Source: Vulcanimicrobiaceae bacterium
GTDB taxonomy: Bacteria; Vulcanimicrobiota; Vulcanimicrobiia; Vulcanimicrobiales; Vulcanimicrobiaceae
Length of the DNA stretch: 64,000 nucleotides
Assembly: GCA_052267165.1 (NCBI GenBank)
Contig: JBKQHO010000007.1
Location: 50,180-114,179 of the forward strand
Reading direction: 5' to 3'
In this document: positions 1 through 9,192 of the stretch, one piece after another
Numbering within the stretch: the first letter of the stretch is position 1
Layout: each line of letters starts with the position of its first letter
Translations under genes and position numbers: made by a program
Notes under the pieces: generated by a model
Told to the model about the DNA's origin: nothing
The model's input: only the letters and a program-made list of their open reading frames with translations
Databases searched by the model: none

Positions 1-1461
1 TTCAGCCGTCACGACGTGCGCGTGCGGCAGGCCGACGGCGGTTGCGTTTGGGTCGAGAGCTGGGCGCGCGCGACCCGCGACGCGAACGGGGCGGTTTGCG
101 GCGTCACTGGAACGCTTCGCGACATCACCGAGCGCAAGGCGATCGAGACGGCCCAGTGGGAAGCGCAGGAGCTGCTCGAACGCGGAATCTCGCAGTCGCC
201 GGTCGGTTTCTTCGCCGTCGATTGCACCGGCCGCATCACTTGCGCCAACGCAGCGGGAGCGAAGATGCTGGGCCGCGACGTCGCAGCCCTCGTCGGACGA
301 AAATGGCAAGAGCTCGTTCACGCTGACGACCTGCCGGATTTCTTGACGCGTGCGCGCCGGATGCTGGCAGGCCGACATGAAACCGCCACGCGTATGCTCA
401 GCCTCATCCGTGGCGACGGCGCCACCATCTACACGCGTCTGCACGCTTCGATACTGCGCGACCCCGAAGGCGTTCCGGTCGAGTTCTTCTGTCAGCTCGA
501 GGACGTCACGGCCGAACAGCTCGCCGAGCGCCGGCTGCGCGCAGCCGAGGAGCGCTTCCGCATCATCTTTCAGGAATCGCCGACCGCGATGTGCACGGCA
601 CAGGTCGACGGACGGCTCATCCAGCTCAATTCGGCCCTGGTTCACGACCTGGGCAAGCACGCCTCGGACGCGATCGGCAGGGACGCGCGCTTTGCCGAGC
701 TCGTGCACCCGCACGACCGCGCTCGCGAAGACGCGCTTTTCGACGACCTCGTCGCTGGGCGATGCGACTCGTACGAGTGCGACGTGCGCGTCCTGTTTTC
801 ACGCAACTCGTGGCGCTGGTGCGAAGTGCGCGTGAAGTTGCTCGACGGAGGCGTCGGCTCTCCCTCGTACGTGCTGCGAACGCTGGTCGACGTCTCGAAA
901 CGCAAACGCTCCGAAGAGAATCTGCGGCGCCAAGCGGAGTCGGACTCGTTGACGGGCATCCCCAATCGCCGCGCGCTCGAACGGCTCGTCACCGATCGGA
1001 TCGCGAAGCTGCGCGCCAACGGTGGCCGCGGAGCGCTGTTCGTCATCGACCTCGACGGCTTCAAGGCCGTCAACGACACCTTCGGGCATAACGCCGGCGA
1101 CGAATTGCTGGCCGCGATCGCCAAGGCGCTCGTCGCCCGGCTGCGCTCGAGCGACGTCGTCGCGCGCCTCGGCGGCGACGAGTTCGCGGTCTTGACGCCG
1201 AACGGCGGCGAGCGCGAGATGCGCGCCGTGGCCAACGCGATCGTCCACACGATCGAAAGGACCGCGCGCGGCTTTTTGCAGGCCGACCTGCCCGCGATTT
1301 CAGCCAGCGTTGGCGCGGCGCGGGTCCTTGCCGACTCGGAATACGAGTCGCTCATCGGCGCGGCCGATGCGGCGATGTACCGGGCCAAGCGCAGCGGGGG
1401 CGGCCGGATCGCCTTCGAGCACGGGACCGACGGCATGGTCTGGGGCGTCTCGCGAGAATAG
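1..1461 (+). CDS. PAS-domain sensor diguanylate cyclase (GGDEF), 5' end cut by window edge
   Basis: Frame 1 is open from nt 1; the ORF track begins at an internal Met at 16. PAS-like segments are followed by a GGDEF domain (SLTGIPNRRALE...). Active site reads RLGGDEFAV, with an RxxD I-site (RSSD) 5 aa upstream. Confidence 0.85.
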   Translation, partial: FSRHDVRVRQADGGCVWVESWARATRDANGAVCGVTGTLRDITERKAIETAQWEAQELLERGISQSPVGFFAVDCTGRITCANAAGAKMLGRDVAALVGRKWQELVHADDLPDFLTRARRMLAGRHETATRMLSLIRGDGATIYTRLHASILRDPEGVPVEFFCQLEDVTAEQLAERRLRAAEERFRIIFQESPTAMCTAQVDGRLIQLNSALVHDLGKHASDAIGRDARFAELVHPHDRAREDALFDDLVAGRCDSYECDVRVLFSRNSWRWCEVRVKLLDGGVGSPSYVLRTLVDVSKRKRSEENLRRQAESDSLTGIPNRRALERLVTDRIAKLRANGGRGALFVIDLDGFKAVNDTFGHNAGDELLAAIAKALVARLRSSDVVARLGGDEFAVLTPNGGEREMRAVANAIVHTIERTARGFLQADLPAISASVGAARVLADSEYESLIGAADAAMYRAKRSGGGRIAFEHGTDGMVWGVSRE

Positions 1462-1492
1462 CTGAATTTCTCAGAAAAGGGCCGTTGCCACG

Positions 1493-1879
1493 ATGAAGAT
1501 TCCCGTCCAAGTAACGTTTCGCGGTCTGGACGCCTCGCCCGCGCTCCGCGAGCTCGTCGAAGAAGAGGCCGCTAAGCTCGAGCGCTTTTACGGCGACGCG
1601 ATCAGCTGCCGCGTCACGATCGAACTCGCTTCGGGGCATCACCAAAAGGGCAATCCGTTCCACGTCCGCGTCGAACTGGGCGTCCCCGGCGACCGGCTGG
1701 TGGCCGACAACAAACCGGCCTCGCTGGTCGACGCCGAGAACGGCCGGCGCAAAGCGACCGAGATCCACCCCGAGCAGAAGGATGCGGCGCTCGCGGTCCG
1801 CGACAGCTTCCGGACAATGGGCCGGCTCCTCGAGGATTTTGCGCAACGCCAGCGCGACGTCGCGAAAACCCACGACTAG
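1493..1879 (+). CDS. hpf: ribosome hibernation promoting factor / RaiA (S30AE) family protein
   Basis: 128 aa. MKIPVQVTFRGLDASPALRELVEEEAAKLERFY...VRVEL pattern is typical of the S30AE/HPF family. The stop TAG is embedded in the repeat motif at 1883. Confidence 0.7.
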   Translation: MKIPVQVTFRGLDASPALRELVEEEAAKLERFYGDAISCRVTIELASGHHQKGNPFHVRVELGVPGDRLVADNKPASLVDAENGRRKATEIHPEQKDAALAVRDSFRTMGRLLEDFAQRQRDVAKTHD

Positions 1880-1882
1880 CGT

Positions 1883-1898
1883 ACCGTCTCCGACGTAG
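1883..1898 (+). repeat. solo copy of 16-nt motif ACCGTCTCCGACGTAG, flanked by ACTAGCG boxes
   Basis: Exact 16-mer also found at 31865-31880 (+) and as reverse complement at 32024-32041. Local context: gACTAGCGTACC-GTCTCCGACGTAG-ACTAGCtagcg, directly after the hpf stop. Confidence 0.8.
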
Positions 1899-2027
1899 AC
1901 TAGCTAGCGTCGCGAAGGCCGGGCTCGCCCTAAGCGCGGTTCTCGCGAGGGGATAAATGTCGCAAGCCCGGCGCCGAGCGGAAGCTCGACGCCGGGCTCG
2001 CGAGGCTTCCGTGCTCGCGCTCGACGG

Positions 2028-5000
2028 TTAGGTGGCGAGGCGCTCCGAGGGCGGATGGAAGCGGCTGCCCTCACGGCCGGCTAGTTCTTCGTACTGCCGG
2101 TACTTCTCGTCGACGACGCTCTGGGCCATCTCCGCCAAGGTCTCGGCAACCTCGGGCTTGCTCGCCGTCAGCGCCGTGTAGCGGATCTCGTTGTACGCAT
2201 ATTCCTTGAACGGAATGCTCGGACGCGGAGAGTCGAGCCGGAATGGATTCGCGCCGACCGTTCGCAACGCCGGATTGTAGCGGAGCAGCGGCCAGTAACC
2301 GCTCTTGACCGCCAGTTCCTGCTGCAGCATGCCCTTGCGCATGTTGATGCCGTGCGCGATGCAGTGGCTGTACGCCAGGATCAGCGAAGGACCGTCGTAG
2401 GCCTCCGCCTCGCGGAAGGCTTGCAGCGTCTGCTGCGGGTTGGCGCCCATCGCGACTTGCGCGACGTAGACGTTGCCGTAGGCGATCGCCTGCAAGGCGA
2501 GGTCCTTGCGCGCCGTCCGTTTGCCGCCCGCGGCGAATTTCGCGACCGCGCCGAGCGGCGTCGCCTTCGACGACTGTCCGCCGGTGTTCGAGTAGACCTC
2601 GGTGTCGAGCACCAGCACGTTCACGTTGCGGCCCGAGGCCAACACGTGATCGAGCCCACCGTAACCGATGTCGTAGGCCCAGCCGTCCCCGCCGATCAGC
2701 CAGACGCTGCGGCGCACGAGGTGGTCGACTACCGAGATCAGGTCCTTCGCCCGCTCGTCCTCGAGCTTGAGCAGCTTGACCTTCAGCTCGGCGACCCGGA
2801 TCCGCTGCGCCCGGATCTCGGATTCCTGGGTTTGCGGCGCACTCACGATCGATTCGACGAGCGACTCGCCGACCAACGGCGAGAGCTGCCGCAAGAACGA
2901 GTGTGCCATGCTCACGTGATCGTCCGCAGCGAGACGGAAGCCTAACCCGAATTCCGCATTGTCTTCGAAGAGCGAATTGGACCAGGCCGGACCGCGCCCC
3001 TCATCGTTCTTGGTCCACGGCGTGACCGGCAGGTTCGCGCCGTAGATGGATGAGCAGCCGGTGGCGTTGGCAACCTGGAGACGGTCGCCGAACAACTGCG
3101 AGAGCAGCTTGATGTAGGGCGTCTCGCCGCAGCCCGCGCAGGCGCCGGGGAACTCGAAGAGCGGCTGCAGGAACTGCACGCCGCGCACGTTGGCGAAGTC
3201 GACGTGCGCCCGTTCGTTGGTGGGCAGATGCTCGAAGAACTCGATGTTCTTGCGCTCGTCCTCGAGCATCGGCGCCTTGTCGGCCAAGTTGATGGCTTTG
3301 AAGGTCGGATCGCTCGGACTTTGCGCCGGGCAGGCTTCGATGCACAGCCCGCAGCTGGTGCAGTCTTCCACGTAGAACTGCAGACTGAAGCGCGCTTCCG
3401 GATAGCCGCGCGCGTTGACTTGGGCCGATTTGAACGAGGCCGGCGCGCCGGCGAGCTTGTCCTCGTTGTAGTAGCGCGCGCGGATGACCGCGTGCGGGCA
3501 GACGAAGCCGCACTGGCCGCACTGAATGCACAGGTCAGGTTCCCACTTCGGGACGAGGTCGCCGATGTTGCGCTTCTCGAACGCCGCCGTCCCCGAAGGG
3601 AAGGTGCCGTCGACCGGCATCAGGCTGACCGGAATCTCGTCGCCGCGGCCCTCCATCATCACGGCCGTCACGTTGCGCACGAATTCCGGCGCGTCGAGCG
3701 GCACGATCGGCGGACGGTCGAAGCTGCTGCTGACCTTGTCCGGAACCGTGACCTCGCCCAGCCGCGCGATCGTTCCGTCGACGGCCGCGAAGTTCTGGCG
3801 AATGACGATCTCGCCCTTACGCGCGTAGGTCTTCTTGATGGCCTTCTTGATCTGCTCGATCGCCTCGTCGCGCGGCAAAACGCCGGAGATCGCGAAGAAG
3901 CACGTCTGCAGAATCGTGTTGGTGTACGCGCCGAGGCCGAGGTCGCGCGCCGTCTTGGTCGCATCGATCACGTAGAAGCGCAGCTTCTTGTCGATGATCA
4001 CCTGCTGCACCGAACGCGGCAGGTGGTCCCAGACCTCGTCCGGTCCGTAAGGGCTGTTCAGCAGGAAGACCGCGCCCGGCGCGGCGAGGCGCAGCACGTC
4101 CTGCCGCAAGAGGAACTCGAACTGATGGCAGGCCACGAAGCCGGCCGACGCGATCAAGTACGGCGCCTTGATCGGATCGGGACCGAAGCGCAAGTGCGAG
4201 ATCGTCACCGCGCCCGACTTGTGTGAGTCGTAGACGAAGTAGCCTTGCGCGAACAGGCCGGCGTCCTCGCCGATGATCTTGACGCTGTTCTTGTTCGCTC
4301 CGACGGTGCCGTCCGCGCCCAGGCCGTAGAAGACGCAGCGCGTCACCGTGTCGCGCTCGATGGTGAAGTTCGGATCGAGGGTGAGGCTCTTGTGGGTGAG
4401 GTCGTCGTTGATGCCGATCGTGAAGCTGTTCATCGGCTCGGGCTTGAGCAGCTCGTCGTAGACCGCTTTGACGCCGGCCGGCGTGAAGTCTTTGGACGAG
4501 ATGCCGTAACGGCCGCCGATGATCTTCGGCAGCGCGCGCTTCGAGCCGTTCGTGCCGGCTTGCGCCAGCGTGGTGACCACGTCGAGGTAGAGCGGCTCGC
4601 CGGTCGCGCCGGGCTCCTTCGTCTCTTCCAGCACCGCGATCGCCTTGACCGAGGGCGGGATCGCGTCCAGGAAATCCTTGGCCGAGAACGGGCGGTAGAG
4701 CCGCACTTGCAGCACGCCTACCTTCTCGCCGGCCGCGGTCAAGGCCCGGGCGGTCGCGCGCGCCGTCTCCGTGCCGGAGCCCATCAGGATGACGATGCGC
4801 TCGGCGTCGGGCGCGCCTTCGTACTCGAAGAGGTGGTATTGACGGCCCGTCAGCGCCGCGAACTTGTCCATCTGCGCCTGCACGATGCCGGGGACGCGCG
4901 TGTAGTACGCGTTGGCCGCCTCGCGCGCCTGAAAGTACGTATCGGGGTTGTGCGCCGTGCCGCGGATGTAGGGATGCTCGGGACTGAGCGAACGGCCGCG

Positions 5001-5606
5001 ATGCTCGCGGACGAGCTCGTCGTCGATCATCGTGCGGATGTCTTCGTCGTCGACGAGCTCGAGGGTGTTGAGCTCGTGCGAGGTCCGGAAGCCGTCGAAA
5101 AAGTGAAGGAACGGAATGCGCGACTCGAGCGTCGCGGCGTGCGCGATCAGCGCCGAGTCGTGCGCCTCCTGCACCGAGCCCGACGAGAAGAGCGCGAAGC
5201 CGGTCGAGCGCACCGCCATCACGTCCGAGTGATCGCCGAAGATCGAGAGCGCCGAGGTGGCCAGGGCGCGGGCCGCAACGTGGAACACCGTCGGCGTCAG
5301 TTCGCCCGCGATCTTGAACATGTTGGGGATCATTAGGAGCAGGCCTTGCGAGGCCGTGAAGGTCGTCGTCAGCGAGCCGGACTGCAGGGCGCCGTGCAGC
5401 GCGCCCGCGGCGCCACCTTCGCTCTGCATCTCCTGCACGACGGGGATCCGTCCCCAAATGTTGGTTTTGCCCTGCGAAGACCATTCGTCGGCCAGCTCCG
5501 CCATCGTCGAGGACGGCGTGATCGGATAGATCGCGCAGATCTCGTTGACGCGGTAGGCGATGTGTGCGACGGCGGTGTTGCCGTCCATCGTGGTTCGCTT
5601 GCCCAT
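2028..5606 (-). CDS. nifJ: pyruvate:ferredoxin (flavodoxin) oxidoreductase, single-polypeptide type
   Basis: About 1192 aa. Ferredoxin-domain motifs CIQCGQCGFVCPHAV and CTSCGLCIEACP; TPP-binding motif GGDGWAYDIGYGGLDHV. Start set at MGKRTTMDG (ATG 5606), which overlaps the upstream TGA as ATGA. The ORF-track start at 5669 is an upstream extension. Confidence 0.95.
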   Translation of the reverse strand: MGKRTTMDGNTAVAHIAYRVNEICAIYPITPSSTMAELADEWSSQGKTNIWGRIPVVQEMQSEGGAAGALHGALQSGSLTTTFTASQGLLLMIPNMFKIAGELTPTVFHVAARALATSALSIFGDHSDVMAVRSTGFALFSSGSVQEAHDSALIAHAATLESRIPFLHFFDGFRTSHELNTLELVDDEDIRTMIDDELVREHRGRSLSPEHPYIRGTAHNPDTYFQAREAANAYYTRVPGIVQAQMDKFAALTGRQYHLFEYEGAPDAERIVILMGSGTETARATARALTAAGEKVGVLQVRLYRPFSAKDFLDAIPPSVKAIAVLEETKEPGATGEPLYLDVVTTLAQAGTNGSKRALPKIIGGRYGISSKDFTPAGVKAVYDELLKPEPMNSFTIGINDDLTHKSLTLDPNFTIERDTVTRCVFYGLGADGTVGANKNSVKIIGEDAGLFAQGYFVYDSHKSGAVTISHLRFGPDPIKAPYLIASAGFVACHQFEFLLRQDVLRLAAPGAVFLLNSPYGPDEVWDHLPRSVQQVIIDKKLRFYVIDATKTARDLGLGAYTNTILQTCFFAISGVLPRDEAIEQIKKAIKKTYARKGEIVIRQNFAAVDGTIARLGEVTVPDKVSSSFDRPPIVPLDAPEFVRNVTAVMMEGRGDEIPVSLMPVDGTFPSGTAAFEKRNIGDLVPKWEPDLCIQCGQCGFVCPHAVIRARYYNEDKLAGAPASFKSAQVNARGYPEARFSLQFYVEDCTSCGLCIEACPAQSPSDPTFKAINLADKAPMLEDERKNIEFFEHLPTNERAHVDFANVRGVQFLQPLFEFPGACAGCGETPYIKLLSQLFGDRLQVANATGCSSIYGANLPVTPWTKNDEGRGPAWSNSLFEDNAEFGLGFRLAADDHVSMAHSFLRQLSPLVGESLVESIVSAPQTQESEIRAQRIRVAELKVKLLKLEDERAKDLISVVDHLVRRSVWLIGGDGWAYDIGYGGLDHVLASGRNVNVLVLDTEVYSNTGGQSSKATPLGAVAKFAAGGKRTARKDLALQAIAYGNVYVAQVAMGANPQQTLQAFREAEAYDGPSLILAYSHCIAHGINMRKGMLQQELAVKSGYWPLLRYNPALRTVGANPFRLDSPRPSIPFKEYAYNEIRYTALTASKPEVAETLAEMAQSVVDEKYRQYEELAGREGSRFHPPSERLAT

Positions 5607-7237
5607 CAGGCCGGCTCCGGAATCATCTCGATCGCGTGGCATGGGCACTGATCGAAGCAAGTGGCGCACCCCGTGCAGCGCGTGTAATCGTAGCGGTAGC
5701 GGTTACCGGCTCCAAGCTTGACGATCGCGTCCTCGGGACAGGCCGCGTAGCAGTTGTCGCACTCGAAGCAGTTCCCGCACGAGAGGCAGCGTTTGGCCTC
5801 GTGCAGCGCTTCGCGCTGGCTGAGGCCCGCGACGACCTCCTCGAAGCCGAGGGTGCGTTCCTCGACCGGCAACTCGCGCTGTCCGGAGGGAAGCGCGTCG
5901 GTGTAGATCGGCAGATTGAGGCTGGCGAAGTCGACGACCGGATGTTTGGGATCCCCGTGATAGGACGAGCCGCGCAGCCAGGCGTCGATATGTCGCGCGG
6001 CTTTCTTGCCGTGCCCGACGGCGATGGTCACGGTCTTCTCCGACGGCACCAGGTCGCCGCCGGCGAAGATGCCCTCGCGCCCCGTCATCATGTTGGGTGC
6101 GACGATGACCGTGCCGTCGCGCTGGAACGAGATGCCCGGGATCTTGCGCAGAAAGCCGCTGTCGGACTCCTGTCCGAGCGCCAGAACCACCGCGTCGGCT
6201 TTGAGCGTCTCGTACTCGCCGGTCGGCTCGGGAAAGCCCTTGTCGTTGAGGCGCATGATCTCGACCGTGAGGTCGGAGCCGTCGATCTCCTTGATCGTCG
6301 TGAGCCACTTGATCTTCACGCCCTCGGCGAGCGCCTCGTCGGCCTCGAACTCGTGGGCCGGCATGTGCGCCCGGTCGCGCCGGTAGACGATCAGCGCTTC
6401 TTCGGCGCCGAGCCGCTTGGCGGTGCGGGCCGCGTCCATGGCGGTGTTGCCGCCGCCGTAGACGATGACGCGCCGTCCCAGTTGGGGCGGCTCCTCGGTC
6501 TCGAGGCCGCGCAGCAGCGCGACCGCGTCGTAAATCTTCCCGGCATCGCGCGCCGGGATGTCGACGTGCTTGGCCAGGTGCGCGCCGATCGCGATGAAGA
6601 CCGCGTCGAACTTCCCTTCGTCGCGTTCCGCGAGTATGTCGGTCACCTTGTGGTCGAGCGTGATCTTGACGCCCAGCGCCTGGATCCGCGCGATCTCTTG
6701 TTCGAGCACGGCGCGCGGCATGCGATAGGACGGGATGCCGAAGTGCAGCATGCCGCCCGGCAACGGGCCCGCGTCGCGGATCTCGACGTGGTGGCCGAGC
6801 CGGCGCAGGTGATACCCGGCGGAGAGCCCGCTCGGGCCCGCGCCGACGATCAGCACGCGCTTCCCCGACGAGGCCGCCGGCGGCGGGACCGGCCAGTTCT
6901 CCTTGACGGCCATGTCACCCAAGAAGCGCTCGACGGCGTGGATGCTGACCGCCTGGTCGAGATCCTTGCGGTTGCAGTTCGATTCGCAGGGGTGGTAGCA
7001 GACGCGTCCGTGCACTGCCGGCAGCGGGTTGTCGCGAATCAGGTGTTCCCAGGCTTCGCGGAAGCGCCCGGCCTGCGCCAGATCCAGCCAGCCTTGAATA
7101 TCCTCACCGGCTGGGCAGGCGTTGTTGCAAGGGGGCAGCAGATCGACGTAGATGGGTCGCTGGTGGCGAACAGGTCCGGTCACCTGTTCCCGCGTGAGGT
7201 CCACGACGGGCGTCATATCCCGCGCGCGTTCAGACAT
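5606..7237 (-). CDS. GltD-like NAD(P)H-dependent FAD oxidoreductase with C-terminal 2x[4Fe-4S] ferredoxin domain
   Basis: 543 aa. N-terminal Cys cluster (CNNACPAGEDI, CYHPCESNC). Dinucleotide folds VLIVGAGPSGLSAGY and VIVYGGGNTAMDAAR. C-terminal CLSCGNCFECDNCYAACP and CTGCATCFDQCPCHAI. GGAG lies 6 nt before the ATG. Confidence 0.85.
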   Translation of the reverse strand: MSERARDMTPVVDLTREQVTGPVRHQRPIYVDLLPPCNNACPAGEDIQGWLDLAQAGRFREAWEHLIRDNPLPAVHGRVCYHPCESNCNRKDLDQAVSIHAVERFLGDMAVKENWPVPPPAASSGKRVLIVGAGPSGLSAGYHLRRLGHHVEIRDAGPLPGGMLHFGIPSYRMPRAVLEQEIARIQALGVKITLDHKVTDILAERDEGKFDAVFIAIGAHLAKHVDIPARDAGKIYDAVALLRGLETEEPPQLGRRVIVYGGGNTAMDAARTAKRLGAEEALIVYRRDRAHMPAHEFEADEALAEGVKIKWLTTIKEIDGSDLTVEIMRLNDKGFPEPTGEYETLKADAVVLALGQESDSGFLRKIPGISFQRDGTVIVAPNMMTGREGIFAGGDLVPSEKTVTIAVGHGKKAARHIDAWLRGSSYHGDPKHPVVDFASLNLPIYTDALPSGQRELPVEERTLGFEEVVAGLSQREALHEAKRCLSCGNCFECDNCYAACPEDAIVKLGAGNRYRYDYTRCTGCATCFDQCPCHAIEMIPEPA

Positions 7238-7328
7238 TCGTCGCTCCTATCTCGGGGGCGAAGATCGATTCTCGATGCGATGCGAACGACCTTGGGGGAG
7301 CTTGACCGCCGACCCCCTGTCGCTTCGC

Positions 7329-8075
7329 TTACGAGCTCTGTAGAGCTTGAGCGTCCGTCGGCAGGGCTCCGTTCACGCCCGACGAGGGCGTGACGGAAGC
7401 CGGCTGAACCTTCGAGCGCTCCGCCAGCTCCTTGATGGTGCGCATCATGCGCGTCTCCATCAGGAAGTGCGCGGGTTCCCAAAAAGCAAAGTCCAAGAGC
7501 CGCCGGGCGGTCGAATCCCACTCGCCGGAGCGCGTTCGCATCACCAGGCGCGTGCGATTCTCGTCGATCGGATCGAGGATGAACGCCCAGGTGCCGTAGA
7601 GCGCCCGGCCTTCGCCGATGAACGTCTCCGCGTCGTTCGGATAGACCAGCACCATCGCGTGCGGCGCCTCGAGCTTGGCGATCAGCATGCGCGCGCGTCC
7701 GCCGTACGCTTTGCGCGCAGCGAGCCAAACCGTGTCGCCGACTTTGCGCTTCTGAAGGTCCGCTTCGAGCGATTCCTTGTTCGTGATCTGCGCACCGAAC
7801 AGGTTCTCGAGCAAGGTGTAGCTGTAGAATCCGCCGCGGTCTTGACCGATCTGCAGGATCCACGGCCAAATGTCCGCCGGCGCCGCGTCGATCTCGATGG
7901 CGCGCGTCGCAATCGAATGCGGAACAGGCGTGAAGGCGTCTCCCGGCCATTCGCGATCGAGGTCCCGCGGGTCCGAGCCCCACGTGAGCAGCTTCGGCCT
8001 CACGACGAAACGATACGCCGAGGTTGCCAGCCCGACGGCGGCTGCGGCAGCAGAGGCTTTAGCAGATGACTTCAT
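7329..8075 (-). CDS. SRPBCC (START/polyketide-cyclase-like) family protein
   Basis: 248 aa. Hydrophobic N-terminus, then the ...IWPWILQIGQDRGGFYSY..LEN... pattern seen in SRPBCC-fold proteins. Function unknown. Confidence 0.6.
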   Translation of the reverse strand: MKSSAKASAAAAAVGLATSAYRFVVRPKLLTWGSDPRDLDREWPGDAFTPVPHSIATRAIEIDAAPADIWPWILQIGQDRGGFYSYTLLENLFGAQITNKESLEADLQKRKVGDTVWLAARKAYGGRARMLIAKLEAPHAMVLVYPNDAETFIGEGRALYGTWAFILDPIDENRTRLVMRTRSGEWDSTARRLLDFAFWEPAHFLMETRMMRTIKELAERSKVQPASVTPSSGVNGALPTDAQALQSS

Positions 8076-8148
8076 ACACCCATCCCTGACCGGGATCTCA
8101 ACGCGCGATATTGCGGCTTTCTGTATTAGTCTATTTGGCGAGCGACGC

Positions 8149-9192
8149 CTATGCTCTCGCTTCTGTCGCCCGCAACCTGGCTGCCGCCGCGGCGTGACCG
8201 AGCCGCACGACCAGTTCGTGCGGGCCGCATCGCGCGGCCGCGGCCAGCCGATCGAGATCGGTCGTCTCGTCGATCAACGCGAGGGAACGCTCCTCGGGCG
8301 GAAGGCTGCGGTGGACGACGGCATACTGCATGCCGACCGCGAGGATGCCGAGGCCGCGCTCGGCGACGCGCGGCAAACCGTCGGCGTAGCCGCAGCGCAC
8401 CACCACCAGCCAGCCGCCCTCCGGCGCAAGGGCGGTGCCGTAGCTCATCAGCTGCCCGGCGGCCGGGACGACGCGAACGATATCGGCCCGCACCCGCAAG
8501 GCCGAGGCAACGGCCGGCAACGGCGCGCCGAAACGGAATCCGAACAGCCCGATCCCCAGGCGCACGCCCGCGCCGTCGGCGCCTTCCGCCAGCGGCACGG
8601 TGCTGGCGACGTCGGTCGCAACCACCGAGACTCCGGCGCGGCGCAAGGCCGCAACGGCCTTCTCGAAGCGCTCGCGCTGCGCGGCCGCCAGGCTCGGGTC
8701 GGTCAGATGGGTCCAGACCTCGACGTCGAGCGGCAGGGTCGCGATCACGCGCGCCAGGACCGCAACGGCGTCCGGGTCGACCCCGCCCCAGCTCGCGGCG
8801 TTGCGCACGCCCAGACGCACCCGCGCCCGCCGTCCGTGCGCGAGCGCCCACCCGCCGGCCGCGCCGAAGGCGGCGGCCTCGGCCAGGCTCGGAATACCCT
8901 CGCGCTCGAGCACGACGCGCACGTCGTCGGCGGCGACGTCGGCCAGGGTCGCGATTGGCCGTTGCGTGTACCCGCGAGCGCGCTCGAACTCGGCGATGTC
9001 GGCTACGAGATAGCCGTCGACGGCAGGGTCGACCGCGTCGATCATGCGCGCCAAACCCCAGCCGTAACCGTCGGCTTTGACGACGGCGCGCAATTCCGCG
9101 CCAGCGCGGGCCCGCCAGGCCGCCGCGTTGGCGCGCAGCGCCTGGCCGTCAAGTTCGATCCGGGGGCCGCCCGGCCCCGATGTTGCGTTCAC
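8149..9192 (-). CDS. alr: alanine racemase
   Basis: 347 aa. PLP-lysine motif AVVKADGYGWG; C-terminal MSYG...VVRCGYADGLPR. The GTG start overlaps the upstream stop as GTGA. Confidence 0.9.
   Translation of the reverse strand: MNATSGPGGPRIELDGQALRANAAAWRARAGAELRAVVKADGYGWGLARMIDAVDPAVDGYLVADIAEFERARGYTQRPIATLADVAADDVRVVLEREGIPSLAEAAAFGAAGGWALAHGRRARVRLGVRNAASWGGVDPDAVAVLARVIATLPLDVEVWTHLTDPSLAAAQRERFEKAVAALRRAGVSVVATDVASTVPLAEGADGAGVRLGIGLFGFRFGAPLPAVASALRVRADIVRVVPAAGQLMSYGTALAPEGGWLVVVRCGYADGLPRVAERGLGILAVGMQYAVVHRSLPPEERSLALIDETTDLDRLAAAARCGPHELVVRLGHAAAAARLRATEARA

Noticed and set aside
1899-2030. Second inverted arm pairing with the solo 16-mer at 1883 (CGACGGTTAGG near the PFOR stop)
   Set aside because: Only about 6-7 nt of similarity to the expected CTACGTCGGAGACGGTAC, which is not above chance.
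5564-7393. 609-aa + strand ORF (plus 3817-5484 -, 4245-5336 +, 3204-4226 +) overlapping the PFOR and GltD-like genes
   Set aside because: Arg/Ala/Gly-rich shadow ORFs, typical of the non-coding frames of high-GC genes. They have no motifs and fully overlap genes with unambiguous family signatures.
8151-9080. 309-aa + strand ORF antisense to alr
   Set aside because: The translation is nearly pure Arg/Pro/Ala. alr on the other strand has the PLP-Lys motif.
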